A stretch of 64,000 nucleotides of DNA from Eledone cirrhosa (GCA_964016885.1 OZ024742.1:71300001-71364000); one strand, 5' to 3'. Positions 1-13,988 are shown, counted from the stretch's first letter. Made by a program: numbers and translations. The notes: generated by a model not told the origin, from the letters alone.

Positions 1-388
1 ATAAATGGCCTGATTGCACAGAAGTAAATACATGAGCACAATGTTTTTATTTATAATGAAATTACGCAGTACATAACTGGTTATATCAGTTATCCAGAAT
101 TAATGTGAAGGTTGCTGGAATTAAAATGCCTGATACATCACATACTGTGATTTGTCTCCAATTATATCTTGATCATCAACAGCCAGTTTACTGAGAGAAA
201 GACATCTTAAAATTTCTAAACAGAATCCCACTCACTCCTTGTAGCATAGTTCAGACTAAATGAAACTATTAAAGCTGTCAGACAGTATCCCTTCTCTGGA
301 ATATTTTACAATTGTAAAAATAGAGAATATAATAATCCATTTACGTATGTAGTGCAAAAGAAACAGAAATTCAACTTGAGATTATTAT

Positions 389-488
389 CATTCATTTCAT
401 TTCATTTCATTTTATGTCCGCCTTTTCCCCTGCTTGCAAGGGTGGGATGGGAACTGATTCTGGCTTGATTTCTACAGCTGGATGCCCT
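389..488 (-). mobile_element. 3' fragment of the (GAAAT)n-tailed SINE
   Basis: (CATTT)n followed by sequence nearly identical to 37389-37471. Confidence 0.85.
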
Positions 489-667
489 ATGTTGAATATA
501 AAAGGAGTCACAAGCTTCGAGGATATTCACAATAATAATGGTGTTATTCATAACACTTACAAAACAGAAATTTAGTAAATAATGATAAGGAATGGATGTG
601 ATGTATATCAGAAGCAGTAGAGTTCAGAATGCCTCACTAAATAAGAAAACTGTTTGCCATTATACAT

Positions 668-838
668 GATTGGCAGAATCATTAGGGCATTGAACAAAAT
701 ACTCTCTCCAGTCTGAGTTCAAATCTTGCTGAGGTCACATTTGAGAAAATAAAATACCAATCAAATACTAAGGTCAATATTATCAACTTTCCACTTCCTC
801 CAAAACTATTGGCCTAGTGTTTAAATTATAAGCCATTA
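668..838 (+). mobile_element. Decayed tRNA-derived SINE (TGGCAGAATC...GAGTTCAAAT family)
   Basis: A-box/B-box-like motifs; reverse complement of the copies at 3.4-3.9 kb. Confidence 0.6.
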
Positions 839-1720
839 TACAGGGTATGTCAGTTATTTGAGAACAAAATTTTAATTTTAGGAAAACAAAAATATTTATT
901 AGTGAAACCAGTCTATTGTTATAGAATTTGGTACACATATTTTCACATAGTAAAAGGCTATTCAATAAAACTGCCACCAGCCCTGATACAACTTCTGAAA
1001 TGACTACATACATTTTTATAGGTGATCTTTATTCATATTGGCCATAACGTGCCCACTATCAGACACCAACTAGTCCTTGGTATTGTGGACATACTTGTTG
1101 GTCTCCTTCTCAATGACACCCCAGACATAGTATCCCAGGGAATGGGGTAAATCAGGAGAGCTAAGAAGCAAACTGTTTGGGGTAACATAAGCATGAAAAT
1201 TTTCAGCCATCTACTCCTGGGTCATGCAAGCTGTGAGAGAAGGAGCAGTCATGTTGCAACATGTAAGGCCTTTCCCGAGCAACTTTCTTGATCCAGAGCT
1301 TTGCAACCATCTCCAATATCTCAATGTAAGCTGCTGCATTGACCCTAAGACCTTGAGGTAAAAAATGAGTTGGGATGAGGTAAAAAATGAGGAGGCCCTC
1401 TCATTGCTCACGACCCCAAAGACCATCACGGAAAATGGGAACTTAGTGTGCAAAACAGTGGAGACATCAGTGGGGCTGGTGTAGAGCCCCCTGTCTTTCC
1501 TCCTTTTGATCTTGGACAAAGTTCTTTTCAGATGAGCTCCTTGGGGTCCTTGAGTTTGTATGAATATGAATTGCCCTCTTTTCCTAACATTGGATTTATA
1601 CCTGATGTCTTTGTGCACCACATCTGATGGTTGACTCCGAAACATTGACCTGAGGGGCAATGGCCCTCATTGACTTGCTGGGATTCTCATTGATGATGCC
1701 CTGGACTTGCTCATCAAACT
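839..1720 (-). pseudogene. Decayed IS630-Tc1-mariner transposase (maT/DD37D-like)
   Basis: TKFPFSVMVFGVVSNE and a frameshifted SPDL..YYVWGVIEKETNK..HNT motif; TA-CAGGGT end at 839. Confidence 0.75.
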
Positions 1721-2267
1721 CTACAATTTCATAAGAAATCGTAGAGTTTGCAGTAGTTTGAGCTGCAGTCTATTCAGGATTTCATAATAAGAAGTGACCC
1801 ACTGTGGATATTGCAGCAGTTAAATCCTGCCGAGGTAAAATTGCCTTTCATCATTACAAGGTTGATAAAATAAAGTACCAGTTATGTACTAGGGTTAATT
1901 TAATTGACTGTTCCTTCGCAAATTACTCACTTTGTGCATAAATCTGAAGCCATTATTTATCTGGTGCCTGAATCAACTTAACATTTTTTAATGTATTATT
2001 TGATGTTCTTATGAAAACTGTTGATATATTATAGAACCAGGTGGTTTAGTATTAAAAGGGTTAATGCAGGTCAGTTTTTGGACAGCTAGAATATAACAGA
2101 TTACATATATGTTCATTGACTAAATGCCGTTTATCTTTTTAAAAAATGAATAGTAAACTAATGAAATTTACTGTATTTTCTGACAATCTGAAATGTTAAT
2201 TTAAGCTGATTTAATTCTTCCATTACTATATTTCTAATGAAAAACACTGCTTATGCTTTTCAAATTA

Positions 2268-2372
2268 TATGGGGTACAGCCTTAAATGGATATAGTCAAT
2301 TATATGAGGTACAGCCTTAAAGGGATATAGTCAATTGTATGAGGTATAGCCTTAAAGGGATATAGTCAATAA
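2268..2372 (+). repeat. ~32-bp tandem repeat x3
   Basis: ATGAGGTACAGCCTTAAAGGGATATAGTCAAT unit repeated three times with few changes. Confidence 0.85.
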
Positions 2373-3404
2373 TATTGACCCAGTACATATTTTATTGATC
2401 TCTTTCTGTAAAACAATGGGTTATGTACTAAGTCTAAATAAGAAACTACAACTTATCTTATGAATAGAATTCAATAAGAAAAAAGAAAAAAATCTTTGGT
2501 TCAATTTTTTTATTTTATGATGTTTCATCCCTTTTCATATCTGCTAGCATCACATGGCAATATATGGCAATATAATAGTTCTAATCAGTCTAAAGTCTTT
2601 AAAGGTGATATATATATATATATATATAGAGAGAGATTTCCATTGTTTTACATCCAGCATCCACATTTGTCATTTGTCTCTTCTGATCAATCAGTTGTAA
2701 TACCTGGCGGTGGTTGGTAGGTATGTTAGCAATCAGTTATACCTGGCAATACATGCTATATTATCATAGGCAATAAAGTAGAACTACTTTCAACTGATGC
2801 AGGTGCAAGGACATATGTACCCCCACACACACTGAGGTAAGTGAATGAACATATGTATATCTGTGCACCTCCAGGCAGGTGCAAGAACATACATACATTT
2901 GTGTCCCCACTACACCCAAATCCCAGTGTCCCTCTTAATAAACTTTTAGTTTCAAAGAATAAAATCTTTTAGCTTCATTTTATAATTGATTATATACAGA
3001 GTTAACCAAATTTCTTCTTTGACTTTCATGACACTCAAACGAAATATTTCCAGATTTTGATTATGTTTTGATTTCATTCCATAGTTAAGGTTGTTGAAAG
3101 TATAACACTCAAACCCTAGTTAAGCTTGTTAAAAGCTTATCTCCAGGATTTGACTATCTTTTTAAACTCAGTTCATAGCTTGAAGTTTGTTAAAAGTGTT
3201 ATGCCCAATCCCATATCTTCAGAGGAGTTGGGAACTTTTTCCAACTGAAGAGCCATTTTTTGCTTTAAAAAATTTACATTATTGGAGCTGCATAAATTAT
3301 TATAAACAAAAATAAATACCAGACAACATGAATTTAGCTATCTTTTGATGACTTTGAATCTCATCTCTCCAGGTGATGATGATGATGATGATAATAATGA
3401 TTTA

Positions 3405-3935
3405 TAGTATAGGCACAAGGCCAGTAATTTGGGGGAGGGGAAAGTCGATTAAATGGACCCCAGTGCGTGACTGGTACTTTATTTTATCGATCCCGTAAGG
3501 ATGAAAGGCAAAGTTAACCTTGGCGGGATTTGAACTCATGCCGTAAAGGGCCGTAACTCTATGCTGCAGAGCATGGTGTCCGACCCTCTAGCAATACTGC
3601 CAATAATAATAATAATAATTGTTTCTCCTTTTGGCACAAGGCCAGCAATTAACCAGTGTATTACTGGTACTTTATTTTATCGACCCCATAAGGATGAAAG
3701 GCAAAGTTAACTACCAATCCATAATAATGGTTTCTGATTTAGACACAAATCCAACAATTTTGGGCGAGGGGAAAGTTGATTAAATTGACCTCAGTATGTT
3801 ACTGGTACTTTATTTTATCAACCCCGGAAGGATGAACGACAGAGCTAACCTCGGCAGGATTAGAACTCAGAATGCAAAGGGCCATAACTCTATGCCACAA
3901 AGCATGTTTAACGCACTACCAATACTTTCAATCCA
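3405..3935 (-). mobile_element. Three head-to-tail tRNA-derived SINE copies
   Basis: Repeated GGCACAAGGCCAG...ACTGGTACTTTATTTTATCGA...GGATTTGAACTC (B box on minus strand), separated by (AAT)n. Confidence 0.85.
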
Positions 3936-4089
3936 ATGTCCTAATAATGAAAAAAAAAACTTAAATAAGAAATAAAATGCAAAATTCACATTGCATAAGA
4001 GCCACCTCTGATATACCAAAAATCCGCAGGTTCCTTTCTTATTCATTCACTAATTTCTGAGAGGGTCATGGGTGCAGAGTCCTCAGACA

Positions 4090-4800
4090 TGCCTTCCAGA
4101 GGGTTTGATCAGAAGCAATCATCTCCAAATGATTCGGCTAGATCTCCAATTGAGACCAACTAAGCTTATAGATATTATCTAACCATTTTGCTCATGATCT
4201 TATTTCTGGGTCTGCTACTGGTTGTCTTTGCTCCTAAAATATGTCTTGCAATTCTTTCCTTAGAGATTCTAACTACATATCTATAGTACCAGAGTTGTGA
4301 TCTCTTGATGGGGAAAAGTAGCGGTTTTACCTGTAGTGACTCCCTGATCTCCGAACTATGCACCCTATTGAGTAACATTACTGCAAAGAACCATCAGAGG
4401 AACCCTATTTCAGTCAATTGCATTCTTTTGGTCATTACACAAGATTTATGACCATTGGTTAGCATGAATACCAAATTGAAGACACTAAGTTTGGCGTTTA
4501 CACCTCTCTCCCTTTTTCTGATAACCAAGTGCTGAAGTTGGCACATTACTGTACCAGCTCCTGCAATTCTTGCACTTAATTCAGACCTCTGCCACCCATC
4601 ACTTGCGAAAATGTCCTCAAGATAAATGAACTTCTCCACCTGCTTCAGTGAAACTCCACTCACATGCAGAGCACACTGTGCCGGCTTCCTTGAGAGGATG
4701 AGCGTCTCATTCTTCGCAGCTCTGATTTTCATTCCTGCTGTGTAGCACACAGCAGCAAACCTATTCAGTGCAAACCATCTGCCGACTTTGCCACATGTTC
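4090..4800 (-). pseudogene. Old RTE-clade (Expander/Rex3-like) LINE RT C-terminal fragment
   Basis: ORFs 4394-4750 and 4175-4378: LKQVEKFIYL...SELSARI, IRESLQVKPLL..IKRSQL. Confidence 0.75.
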
Positions 4801-4841
4801 TGACCTCGGTTCATAGATGATTGTAAATAGCCATAGCTTAT

Positions 4842-5060
4842 CCCTTTAGCATTTAAACCACCCATATCCGGCCAGAATTCTCCCACCTCTTTCTTTTCAA
4901 ACCGGCTGTAACTGACCGCTCATATTGATATTAAGGTATTGTTCTCAAAATGACAAATATCAAAATCTCATAGATTCAATATTATGAGATAATTGTATGA
5001 GGTAAAGCTTTTACCATGAAAATACAATAGTATATACAGAGTAATGTAAATGCTAAAGAG
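4842..5060. mobile_element. piggyBac-like MITE
   Basis: TIRs CCCTTTAGCATTTA / TAAATGCTAAAGAG, flanked by TTAT and TTAA. Confidence 0.75.
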
Positions 5061-5482
5061 TTAATGGATGAGTTGTTGATGTTGTTCAACTGCAGTGAAC
5101 CTCAAATGAACAGACCTGTGGTGAAAATCATTCCAGCCATGACCATCCTCTCTTAAAAAGATTTTCTAAGACAACAATATCCACATTTTTTTGTAAATTA
5201 GCGATATTATCGAAGGTAATTTGGTTGCTATATCTAGCAGATCGAGCCACTAAGCAGTCTCTCTCTCTGCCTGGCATGGGTGAGTGAACTGAGAGTGCGT
5301 GACAGTTATATGTTTTCTGTTAATAGCGGCAAAAGTAAAGCAGAATTATCTCTTCATTCACTAAAAACAAAACCAGTCCATGAAATGACAAATATAAAAA
5401 TCATGTTTGTTCCGGGAGAATTATTTACATAATTAAAGTGAAGTGTCTTTAGCGAAGAATAGAAACTGGTTTGGAGGATTTC

Positions 5483-5865
5483 AATGGTTTCTAATATTGG
5501 AACAAGGCCAGCAATTTAGGGGAAGGAAAGTCGATTATATTGACTCGGTACTTAACTGGTACTTTATTTTATCGATCCTTGAAGAATGAGAGGCAAAATT
5601 AATTACGGCGGGATTTGAACTCAGAACATACAAAATCGTAACTAAATACCGCAAAGCATTTTGTCTGTAATTAATAATGGTTTCTGATTTAGGGAGGAGA
5701 AAGTTGATTAAATCGACTGGTTTAATTGCGTTACTGGTACTTTATTTTATCAACCCCGTAAGGATGTATGGCAAAGCTAATGATGTCTAGATTTGAACTC
5801 AGAACGTAACTATATTCCACGAAGCATGTTTTTCGACGCTCTACCAATACTGCCAATCCGCTGTC
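5483..5865 (-). mobile_element. Two tandem tRNA-derived SINE copies
   Basis: Same family as 3405-3935. Confidence 0.8.
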
Positions 5866-6140
5866 CTCACCGTGTAATTAATAATAATAAATAGCAGTAA
5901 TCCAGTTTTAGCAGTTGTGTCACTTCTCACCCCTCTTACTACCATACAATTGCTTACTCTCACTTCACTCAATTTGTCACCCCTTTTTCCACGATACACT
6001 TACTTACTCTCACTTTGCTCCAGCTTGTCACTCCTCCTACTACAATGCAATTACTTACTCTTACTCCATCCCAACAAGTCACTCTTCCTACCACGTTAAC
6101 ATTCCTCTCACTTCACTCCTATGGAGGGAGCCCCAACAAA

Positions 6141-6274
6141 CCGGAAGTTACTTACTAAGAACATGGCGGATGTATGTAGGATTTAAGAGGAGAGTGAGTC
6201 GCGTTATCTTGCCATGCACGGCTTGTATACAGGCCAATGGATTTACATACCACTTACAATTATTAAAGGTAAGA
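6141..6274 (+). promoter_or_regulatory. Candidate TATA-less promoter / first exon
   Basis: ETS site CCGGAAGT (6141), YY1-like AACATGGCGG (6160), candidate splice donors GTATGT (6172) and AAG|GTAAGA (6269). Confidence 0.35.
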
Positions 6275-7005
6275 ATATAATAGATCTTTTTCCCCGTTTT
6301 GTTCTCGTGTCATTCGTTTATTGTTTTCTGTTATTACAGGGCTCAAACGGGCAATGCACACCCCTCCCCCTCAACCCTGGAAACCCCCGTTTTTGTGTCA
6401 CTTTACAACATTGTGAAATACTTGATGGAACAATTAGAATTCCTTTTTCCTTTTCACGTCATCGTCTATTAACTATATATCTCTCCATTTTCTTCTTCTT
6501 TCTTCTCTCTCTCTAATATATATAAATATATGTATATAATTATAGCCCTGTTAAGCATTTTTACGTTCTTACGAAGGGTACTTGTATCGGTAATTTATAT
6601 ATATATATATATATGTAATATAATATATATATACTTACTCGATGCACACTTTAAACATAAGCCTGTAATATAATCATTAATGAGATAAAAACAGACTCCA
6701 CATGTGTGTATGTATTCCATTCATTATATATATGTGTGTGTATGTGTGTAAGTATAATTCCATTCATTCATATCTATTGTCTAATTGTCGGAAAAAAAGA
6801 ACAAAAATAAAACTCAGTCACAAATCATAGTTTTTTTTTGTAACCCAGGATATCTTTTTATTGATAATAATGTTTCATATTAATGCGATATATTTGTCTG
6901 TTTCATAATTCTTAAACTTCTAAAATATATCTGTAATTAATTAGCCATTTACATTATAATGAATTTATTTTTGCCACTGAGAAATATTGAAGAAAAATCG
7001 AATTA

Positions 7006-7159
7006 TTGTGGAAGCTGCTTATTGTGATCACCTTTGAACGAAGCATTTCGATTACAATATCTAATCGATAATAGGCAAATAAAGATTTAGGGGGCTCATT
7101 ACTTTTCGTAACAATAACCGTTCAATAGCATCCGTGATTATAATAAGCGGCTTCCACAT
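7006..7159. mobile_element. Tc1/pogo-type MITE
   Basis: ~25-bp imperfect TIRs TGTGGAAGCYGCTTATTRTRATCAC, TA on both sides. Confidence 0.75.
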
Positions 7160-7178
7160 TAAATTAGGTACACTGTGC

Positions 7179-7210
<32 letters not shown>

Positions 7211-7850
7211 ATGTATGATTGTATGTATATATATATATATATATAGCGCATGTGTCTAATTTATATTGGATATTTGGGGATATATATATATATGCTAAAT
7301 AACAGATAAGGAGGTTAAGTCGACAAAATATATAATTTAAAAAAAAACTGCGAGGAAGAAGCGATAATGGATTTTTCTATTTTTTTTTTTGTCAGCATCT
7401 ATTCCGTTTTTATATATGAAATCGATTGTCTGAACTGTAGTACTGCTATAGTAGTTACTACAGTGATCCTGATCATGTTTGTAGTAGTAGTAGTAGTATA
7501 GTAGTTACTACAGTGATCCTGATCATGATAGTAATAGTAGTGGTGGTAGTAGCCAAGAATCCTTCGGAGTGAAGCTATCAAAGAATCGGGGTTCGTGGTG
7601 GTTGTAGTGCTTATCTTGTAAATCTGTAATCTATAATAGTGATCTACTTAAACATTCACTCACCAGTCCAGGATTTCATTTTGGTAATCTTTATTCTGAA
7701 AAGAAATTCGGTGTTACTTTGGCAGTTATGTGTGTGTGTGATAGGCGTTTATATATATATGTATATGCATTCAAACATATGGATATATGTTTGTATAATA
7801 CGTATATAAATTTGTTTACACACACACACAGACATATATATATATATATT

Positions 7851-7986
7851 GGCGCAGGCATAGTTGGGTTCACTTCCCAACCATGTGGTTCTGTGTGGCA
7901 CCTTGGGCAAGTGTCTGCTACTCTAGCTCCGGGTTGACCAATGCCGTGAGAGTGGAATTTGGTTTATAGAAACTGCAAAAGCCTGT
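7851..7986 (+). mobile_element. Decayed SINE (GGCGCAGG... family)
   Basis: Contains core GGCACCTTGGGCAAGTGTCT; flanked by microsatellite. Confidence 0.6.
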
Positions 7987-8045
7987 GCATCGAATGCTCA
8001 TTTTGGTACCACTATCAGTAATTCACTGAATCACACACACACACA

Positions 8046-8083
<38 letters not shown>

Positions 8084-8959
8084 GCATTCATACATACACA
8101 TAAGGTGTGTGTGTTTATGTCCCTTAATTTAGCAGTTGACAAAAAATAAAAAAGGATTGATAAAATAAATAAAAGTATTGAGGTCGATATGATCGACTAA
8201 TTGAAGGTGGTGCCACTGTCTGATGACTGAATCCGGTGTGTGTGTATATATATATATGTTATATTTATTGAATGTGCGCGTGTGTTATATTTATTGTATG
8301 TATTGTTAGTTATATATATTTATTATGTGTGTGTGTATATATATGTATGTAACTTATATTTGTGTGTTTGCTGTGTATTTATTGAACCCTAAACCCTCAA
8401 GCAGGGTCGTTGTTATGGCATACAGCATCGTGGTCATTTAAACCTTGTAGAACTCATCCTTCTCTAGGATTGACAACAGTCAATTAGGTCTTTCTTGGTC
8501 TACCTCTACTGCGGCTTTCTATATATGAATCGTTGCAGAGATACTTTGTAGTATCTGATCTGGCTCTGTGTGTTCTGAGTTTAAAGCTTGCTTCCTTCCA
8601 CCAGGAGTTATAACCAGTAGATAGTATCAGCAATGGAAACTGTTTCCTTGGTCTGATCTGACGGGTGGCTTCTTTTGTTTTTTACTTTTGTATAATTAAT
8701 TTATCATAGGGTTTAGATCAAAGTGAGTAATGTAGACTGTTTGAACACGGCAGATTGGTAGAAAATGAGGTTTTTGTTGTGGATATTGTCAGGTTTGTCT
8801 TAAGTAATTTGGAGAAATAATCTTTCTAGAATTGTGTTCTATGGTTGACAGATGTTTGCTTGACATTTGTAAACACCCTGGAAGAAGTCATAAGAAGAGA
8901 ACATTCAGATGTTGTAGATACATCCTTTACCCGAGTCAGGTGTTTTATGTTAGAAGATA

Positions 8960-9045
8960 AAGAACATGACAAACCCTGGTGCTCTGGTGTATCGGTAGCA
9001 GATTTGCTGAGCTTCATGCAAAATTTGATTAAGGGCATTGCTTGA
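8960..9045 (-). pseudogene. Possible mariner transposase N-terminal HTH remnant
   Basis: IKFCMKLSKSATDT resembles the mariner IKFCxKLGKSATET motif. Confidence 0.45.
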
Positions 9046-9189
9046 ATTTGTGTACCTTTATAAAAATTGTAGAGCTGTCACAAAATATAGCATCACAAAA
9101 CTTGCATAATGATTGAACATGTATCAATAGAAAGAAATTTGATTGTAGACAATTTATTGGTTGTCAGTGATCATCAGCTGTACATGCAT

Positions 9190-10240
9190 GTCCTATCATA
9201 GTTCTTAAGATGTTGAAAATATCTGAAGTAGGTCACTTGTATAATGAAGCTGTTAGTGCAAGAACATGTCACACATAGTGACTGATGTAACAGCATGATC
9301 AACTGTTAGAAGGGTAAATGAGATGTTTTAGAGGGGCCTCAAATTGATGGATGTGGTCATGAAAGTTAGTGAGAGAATTATAGCACGACTGATTAGGAAG
9401 GTAGTTAGTTTTGATGAGATGCATTTCAGGGTTTTTGCCAGGATAAGGTACCACCAGTGGCTTCGTCTTAGTGATATAACTACAAGAGAAATACTTAACT
9501 ATAAGAAAGTCACTCTATCTAGCTTTTGTCAACCTGGTGATGGTGTTTAACAAGGTTTCCTATTAATAAAACTAAGGGTGGCTTATTAGAGCTGTGGAAC
9601 CTATGAAGAGAGGTGCTCTCAGCAAAGTGAGCATTGAGTTTAATGAAAAATTGAACATACAGACTCAGTACTCACCCCCACTCATTCGGTTTATTTTATC
9701 CTCCAGGCCATAGAAGCAGAGATTAAGACTGGTTGTCCATTACAACTCCTGTATGCTGATAATTTCATTTTCAAATATTTTGTAAAGAAATTCTAAAGAA
9801 GCAAAACTTATTGTGAGGCCTCAATGTAAATTTCACAAAGACTGAAGTATTAAATAGCAAGAAAGAAGACAGGACTTTACTGTAGTCAGAAAAGTGACCA
9901 TGTTTGATATATAAAGGAGTAGGTAAGATTTCCATACCATGTACTATAAGGTACAAGGTATGAGAGGGAGGTTGACAGGGAAAGTAAACTTCATATGTGA
10001 CTGATGCATGCCAGTAGTTAGGAGTAAGGGTTCAAATGAGATAAATCTCTTAAAACGGTTTAAAGATTTCCTAAAAGTAGATGATAGCTTTTGTTATCCA
10101 GGTGACCTTATTAACAGTGAAGATTCTGAAAGCATAGTTATTAGAGTAATGAAGTGAGTAGAAAATGTTCAGGGAGTTATTGCTTTTGTTAGCAACAAAG
10201 GGTTTATCTCTTGGGGTGAAGGGTAGATTGTGTGATTGTA
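9190..10240 (+). pseudogene. Old decayed copy of the RTE family
   Basis: MDVVMKVSERIIARLIR..DEMHF, KTGCPLQLLYADN and KGLSLGVKGRL are collinear with the young copies. Confidence 0.85.
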
Positions 10241-12469
10241 TATAATGAAATATTTTGTATTTTAATTAATTAATGAAGAATTTGAGAAGGATTTATTAAA
10301 ATTACAATTTTATTAAGATGATTAGTATTTGTAACTTAACAAAATTATGTTGGAAGGTTTTGATTTAAGTAGGAAGTTTTAAAATGAGTGGTTTTGTTTC
10401 ATAGAACCAGAGGCAGTTTGTGGTGAATTGGTATCATAAGCATTAAAGACATACAGCAGAAATTCAGTGTCATACACAGGTAGGCTGATGGAAACAATAT
10501 GCGATTAATGTAATACTAGAAGGTTTTCAAGTATCTTACAACCTATTCCATTCCTTAACACATCACCTAGATACCAAGGACCAACATGGATTGCAACATC
10601 ATAGTCACAATCTGTACAAGACCTGAAGGAATAATGAAACACCTGTCGTGTATATAACTAATATACTTATAACTATCTAATACCCTAGGAATATAATTAG
10701 AAACAACTACCAAGTATTAAAAATCAGTATAACATTTTAAATGTTTTATTTATAAGTTAATATAAACATATAGACACACAAATAATCTATACAGTACTTA
10801 ATTACATTTACAAAATAAATTGAACACATTTAACTAATGACAAACTACCACTGGAATATTTTACTCATAATTTGAGGATAGGCAATAATAATTCCTCTTT
10901 TAATTCTCTCTTCTCTCCATTTTTACTACCCCTTTTCCAGAAAGATGAAGTAAAATAAAAAAAATCGGCGTTGCTGCCACCACCACATTTCTCTTGCACA
11001 CACACACTATTACCATCTGCATTCTAGCATCGTTAGTTCTTTCTCTCTCACACTATATCTCCATTCTAGCATCTTTAGTTCTCTCACACACACCATCCAC
11101 TTTCTATTGTGACAGACCTTTTGTGATACACCAGCTTTAATATAATAGATAGATGTTCAGATGACTGGCATCATAGACCATTTAGAACAAGTGCACAAGA
11201 AGTCATACTGTTTCTATTCTCAGGCATCTGGATTATTGATTCCAACTATATTCTCTTTATGGTGCCAATTTCACTACAGAATTGGAAATGTTCCAGAGGA
11301 GCCACTAAAAAAGTGGAGATTGGTTTCATGCAGCAGCTGAGCAATTTGGAGATTTAGAAAAATGTAAGACTCTACTCGATGGAGAAAGGAAGCACAAGTA
11401 GTGTACATGTTCTCCATGTATTAGCATTGCCATCAGAATGTAAAGAGCTGGAAACATACCAATTTCACCAGTCAACCACCCTGGATTGTTATTTTGTTTA
11501 TTGACGATATGAAAAAGTGATCTGTGCAGAATTCTTTTCTATTATTATTCTTTTTATTATGATATTGTAATTTTGCAATTATGGAAGAACATTGCTATTG
11601 ATAGCTGTGTGAATCCCAAAATTGGTTGCCACAACACAAACCTCCTACACTAGATACTGCTTTATCCTATTTTTTACAAGGATTCTAGCTATTTCTTATC
11701 TTCACTCAAACAATAAGGGATATGCATGAAATATCATTGAAATATTCTAGTTTGTACAATGTACCAGAGACAGATGAGGATAGCCACATCAAGCTAGATG
11801 ATGATGTAAGATGTTTCATTGTCATGGGAATTGGCAGTCATTAGAGTGTAAGACAAAATGCTTTGCAATATTTGTTCCAGCTGTCTTCTCTGATTTCTTA
11901 ATCTTACCAAGGTTAACTTTGCTATTATCTTTTTAGGGTCCATAAAGTACTAAATTAGGACAACAGATTGACATAATTGCAGTATTTATGAATGTCGTGG
12001 TAGACTTAATCTGTTGCACGGTTTAACATTATCACCTGGTCTTTGGCTGCCTTAACTAATTTAATACCAAGCCACTCCTGGTTATACAATACAAAATTGC
12101 TGTTTGTGTTTACGTCTTAATATTTATTAAAAAAATTTATTTTACTAATATAAATTCCTTCGAGTTCTTTATTATTTTCGAAACTATTTGAAAACTATAG
12201 GCAGTATGTTTTATTAGAAATACAGGAATGAAATAAATGGTCAACGAGGTTCAATTTGTTGTAGTCATTCTGATCGAATTTCCGTTTTAAGGATAATTTC
12301 CTCTCTTTCTTCCAAGAGTTTTGTAGGCCCTGTCTTTTTTTCCCTTAAAAACCCGAAAAACTCGTTTTCCAAACACTTTAGTACATTGATTGTTTTTTTT
12401 TCACGCGGTGGTTCGGTTCACTTCTCAATCTACGCTTCAACAATTACATCAAAACAGTCAAGTAGCAGC

Positions 12470-12606
12470 TGTAGTGACATGTTACCGACAGAAGTAGTAG
12501 TAGTGACATGTTACCGACTGTAGCAGCAGTAGTAGTAGTGATATGTTACCAACTGTAGTAGTAGTGACATGTTACCGACTGTAGTAGCAGTAGTAGTGAC
12601 ATGTTA
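12470..12606 (+). repeat. Minisatellite, 5 units with core GTAGTGACATGTTAC
   Basis: Five cores separated by variable (GTA/GCA)n spacers. Confidence 0.85.
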
Positions 12607-13807
12607 CACACCATACACACACACACACACATAGACACTTGTACAGTTTCATTGACGACTGGATCATGAGATCTTCGGTTTGGGATGATTTAAAGCTGAG
12701 TTGAGGATTGCGTTCACATGAATAGCTTGCACACACACATATATACAGCATACACATTCATTACACAAACACATATACCCATTATGGCACCGGATAGAAT
12801 GCCTTGGCAGAATTTATTCCGATTTCAGCTCTGAGTTGAAATCTCGCAGTGGAAGGTGGTGTGTTGGAGGATATTATTTGCGGCATGTTGTGGCAATGTT
12901 AACCAAGCTGTATCGGTTCTTGTTATTTCATGAACATGGGGAGGGACTTTCCTCTACAAGAGTAGATCCACGGTCTTACTTTATTTACAGAAACCTTTAT
13001 ATAGAGTGGTAGTGAAACTCGGAATAACGAGTTCAAATTAGCAACTGTAAAAAAAACCCCCCAAAAAACCGACGACTGCAATGATGAAAATCTCTTTTTA
13101 ATTATCATTAGTTTTACGCTACACAATGAATACGCTTTCTTCACCTTTGTGTGTATATGCGCGTGTCTAGTATATGTATAATCACATATTCATACATATG
13201 TGTATATATATATATAAACACACACATATATATATCCAAGTATGTCCTATATCATTACACACACATTACCTATTTCTTACACATGAATGATTTATTCTAG
13301 TTGGGATAGCATTAAGCACAAGATTTTCTCTTTGTATGGTCATAACTGGAATGTCATGGGTCTGCCCAATCAGGGTTAACCTTGAATTTAACAAGATGAC
13401 ATAGGGACCAACAAGGGATCTTCTACGTGTGGTCACCTAACTTGCTAGAAATAACATCCAAGACTCATTTAAATCATACTCTAACCTCTTTATAAAAGGA
13501 AAGGCTTTCGATAAGTGTTTAAAAACAAAAAAGTGAATGATTATGGCTCTTACAGCATTGATAACGGATTTTTTAGATTGGGCTGACCCGAGGTTAAACA
13601 ACAGCCACATGAGTTTTGGTCAACATCAGTCACTCCTGATTGAGTAGACCTATGATCAATAGTACTTCCACTGTGACCAGGCTACATTGCCCAACATGTC
13701 TGTTATTTAAAAAAATTTTTGTTGATGTTGTTAGTTATTGTGGTATTTTGAAGAATACTTGACTGGTATGTCTAGCAAGTTGGAGCTATCATGTACAGGT
13801 ATAAAAT

Positions 13808-13988
13808 TGTTTTTACTTTTGGCACAAGGCCAGCAATTACCCAGTGCAATACTGGTATTTTATTTTATCGACCTCGTAAGGATGAAAGGCAAAGTTAACC
13901 TCGACGGGATTTGAACTCAGAATGACAAGGGCCGTAACTGTATGCGTCAAAACATGGCGTTCGACCCTCTACCGATACTGCCAATCGG
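13808..13988 (-). mobile_element. tRNA-derived SINE
   Basis: Same family as 3405-3935. Confidence 0.85.

Noticed and set aside
45-295. Possible minus-strand terminal exon(s) ending ...DKSQYVMYQAF* with a downstream AATAAA
   Set aside because: The implied intron is only ~45 nt, the phases do not join and the peptide is not recognisable.
3219-4045. hAT element interrupted by SINEs
   Set aside because: The end motifs are too decayed and no TSD can be read.
12470-12606. CRISPR-like repeat-spacer array
   Set aside because: The spacers are short (GTA)n slippage products, the context is eukaryotic and there are no cas genes.
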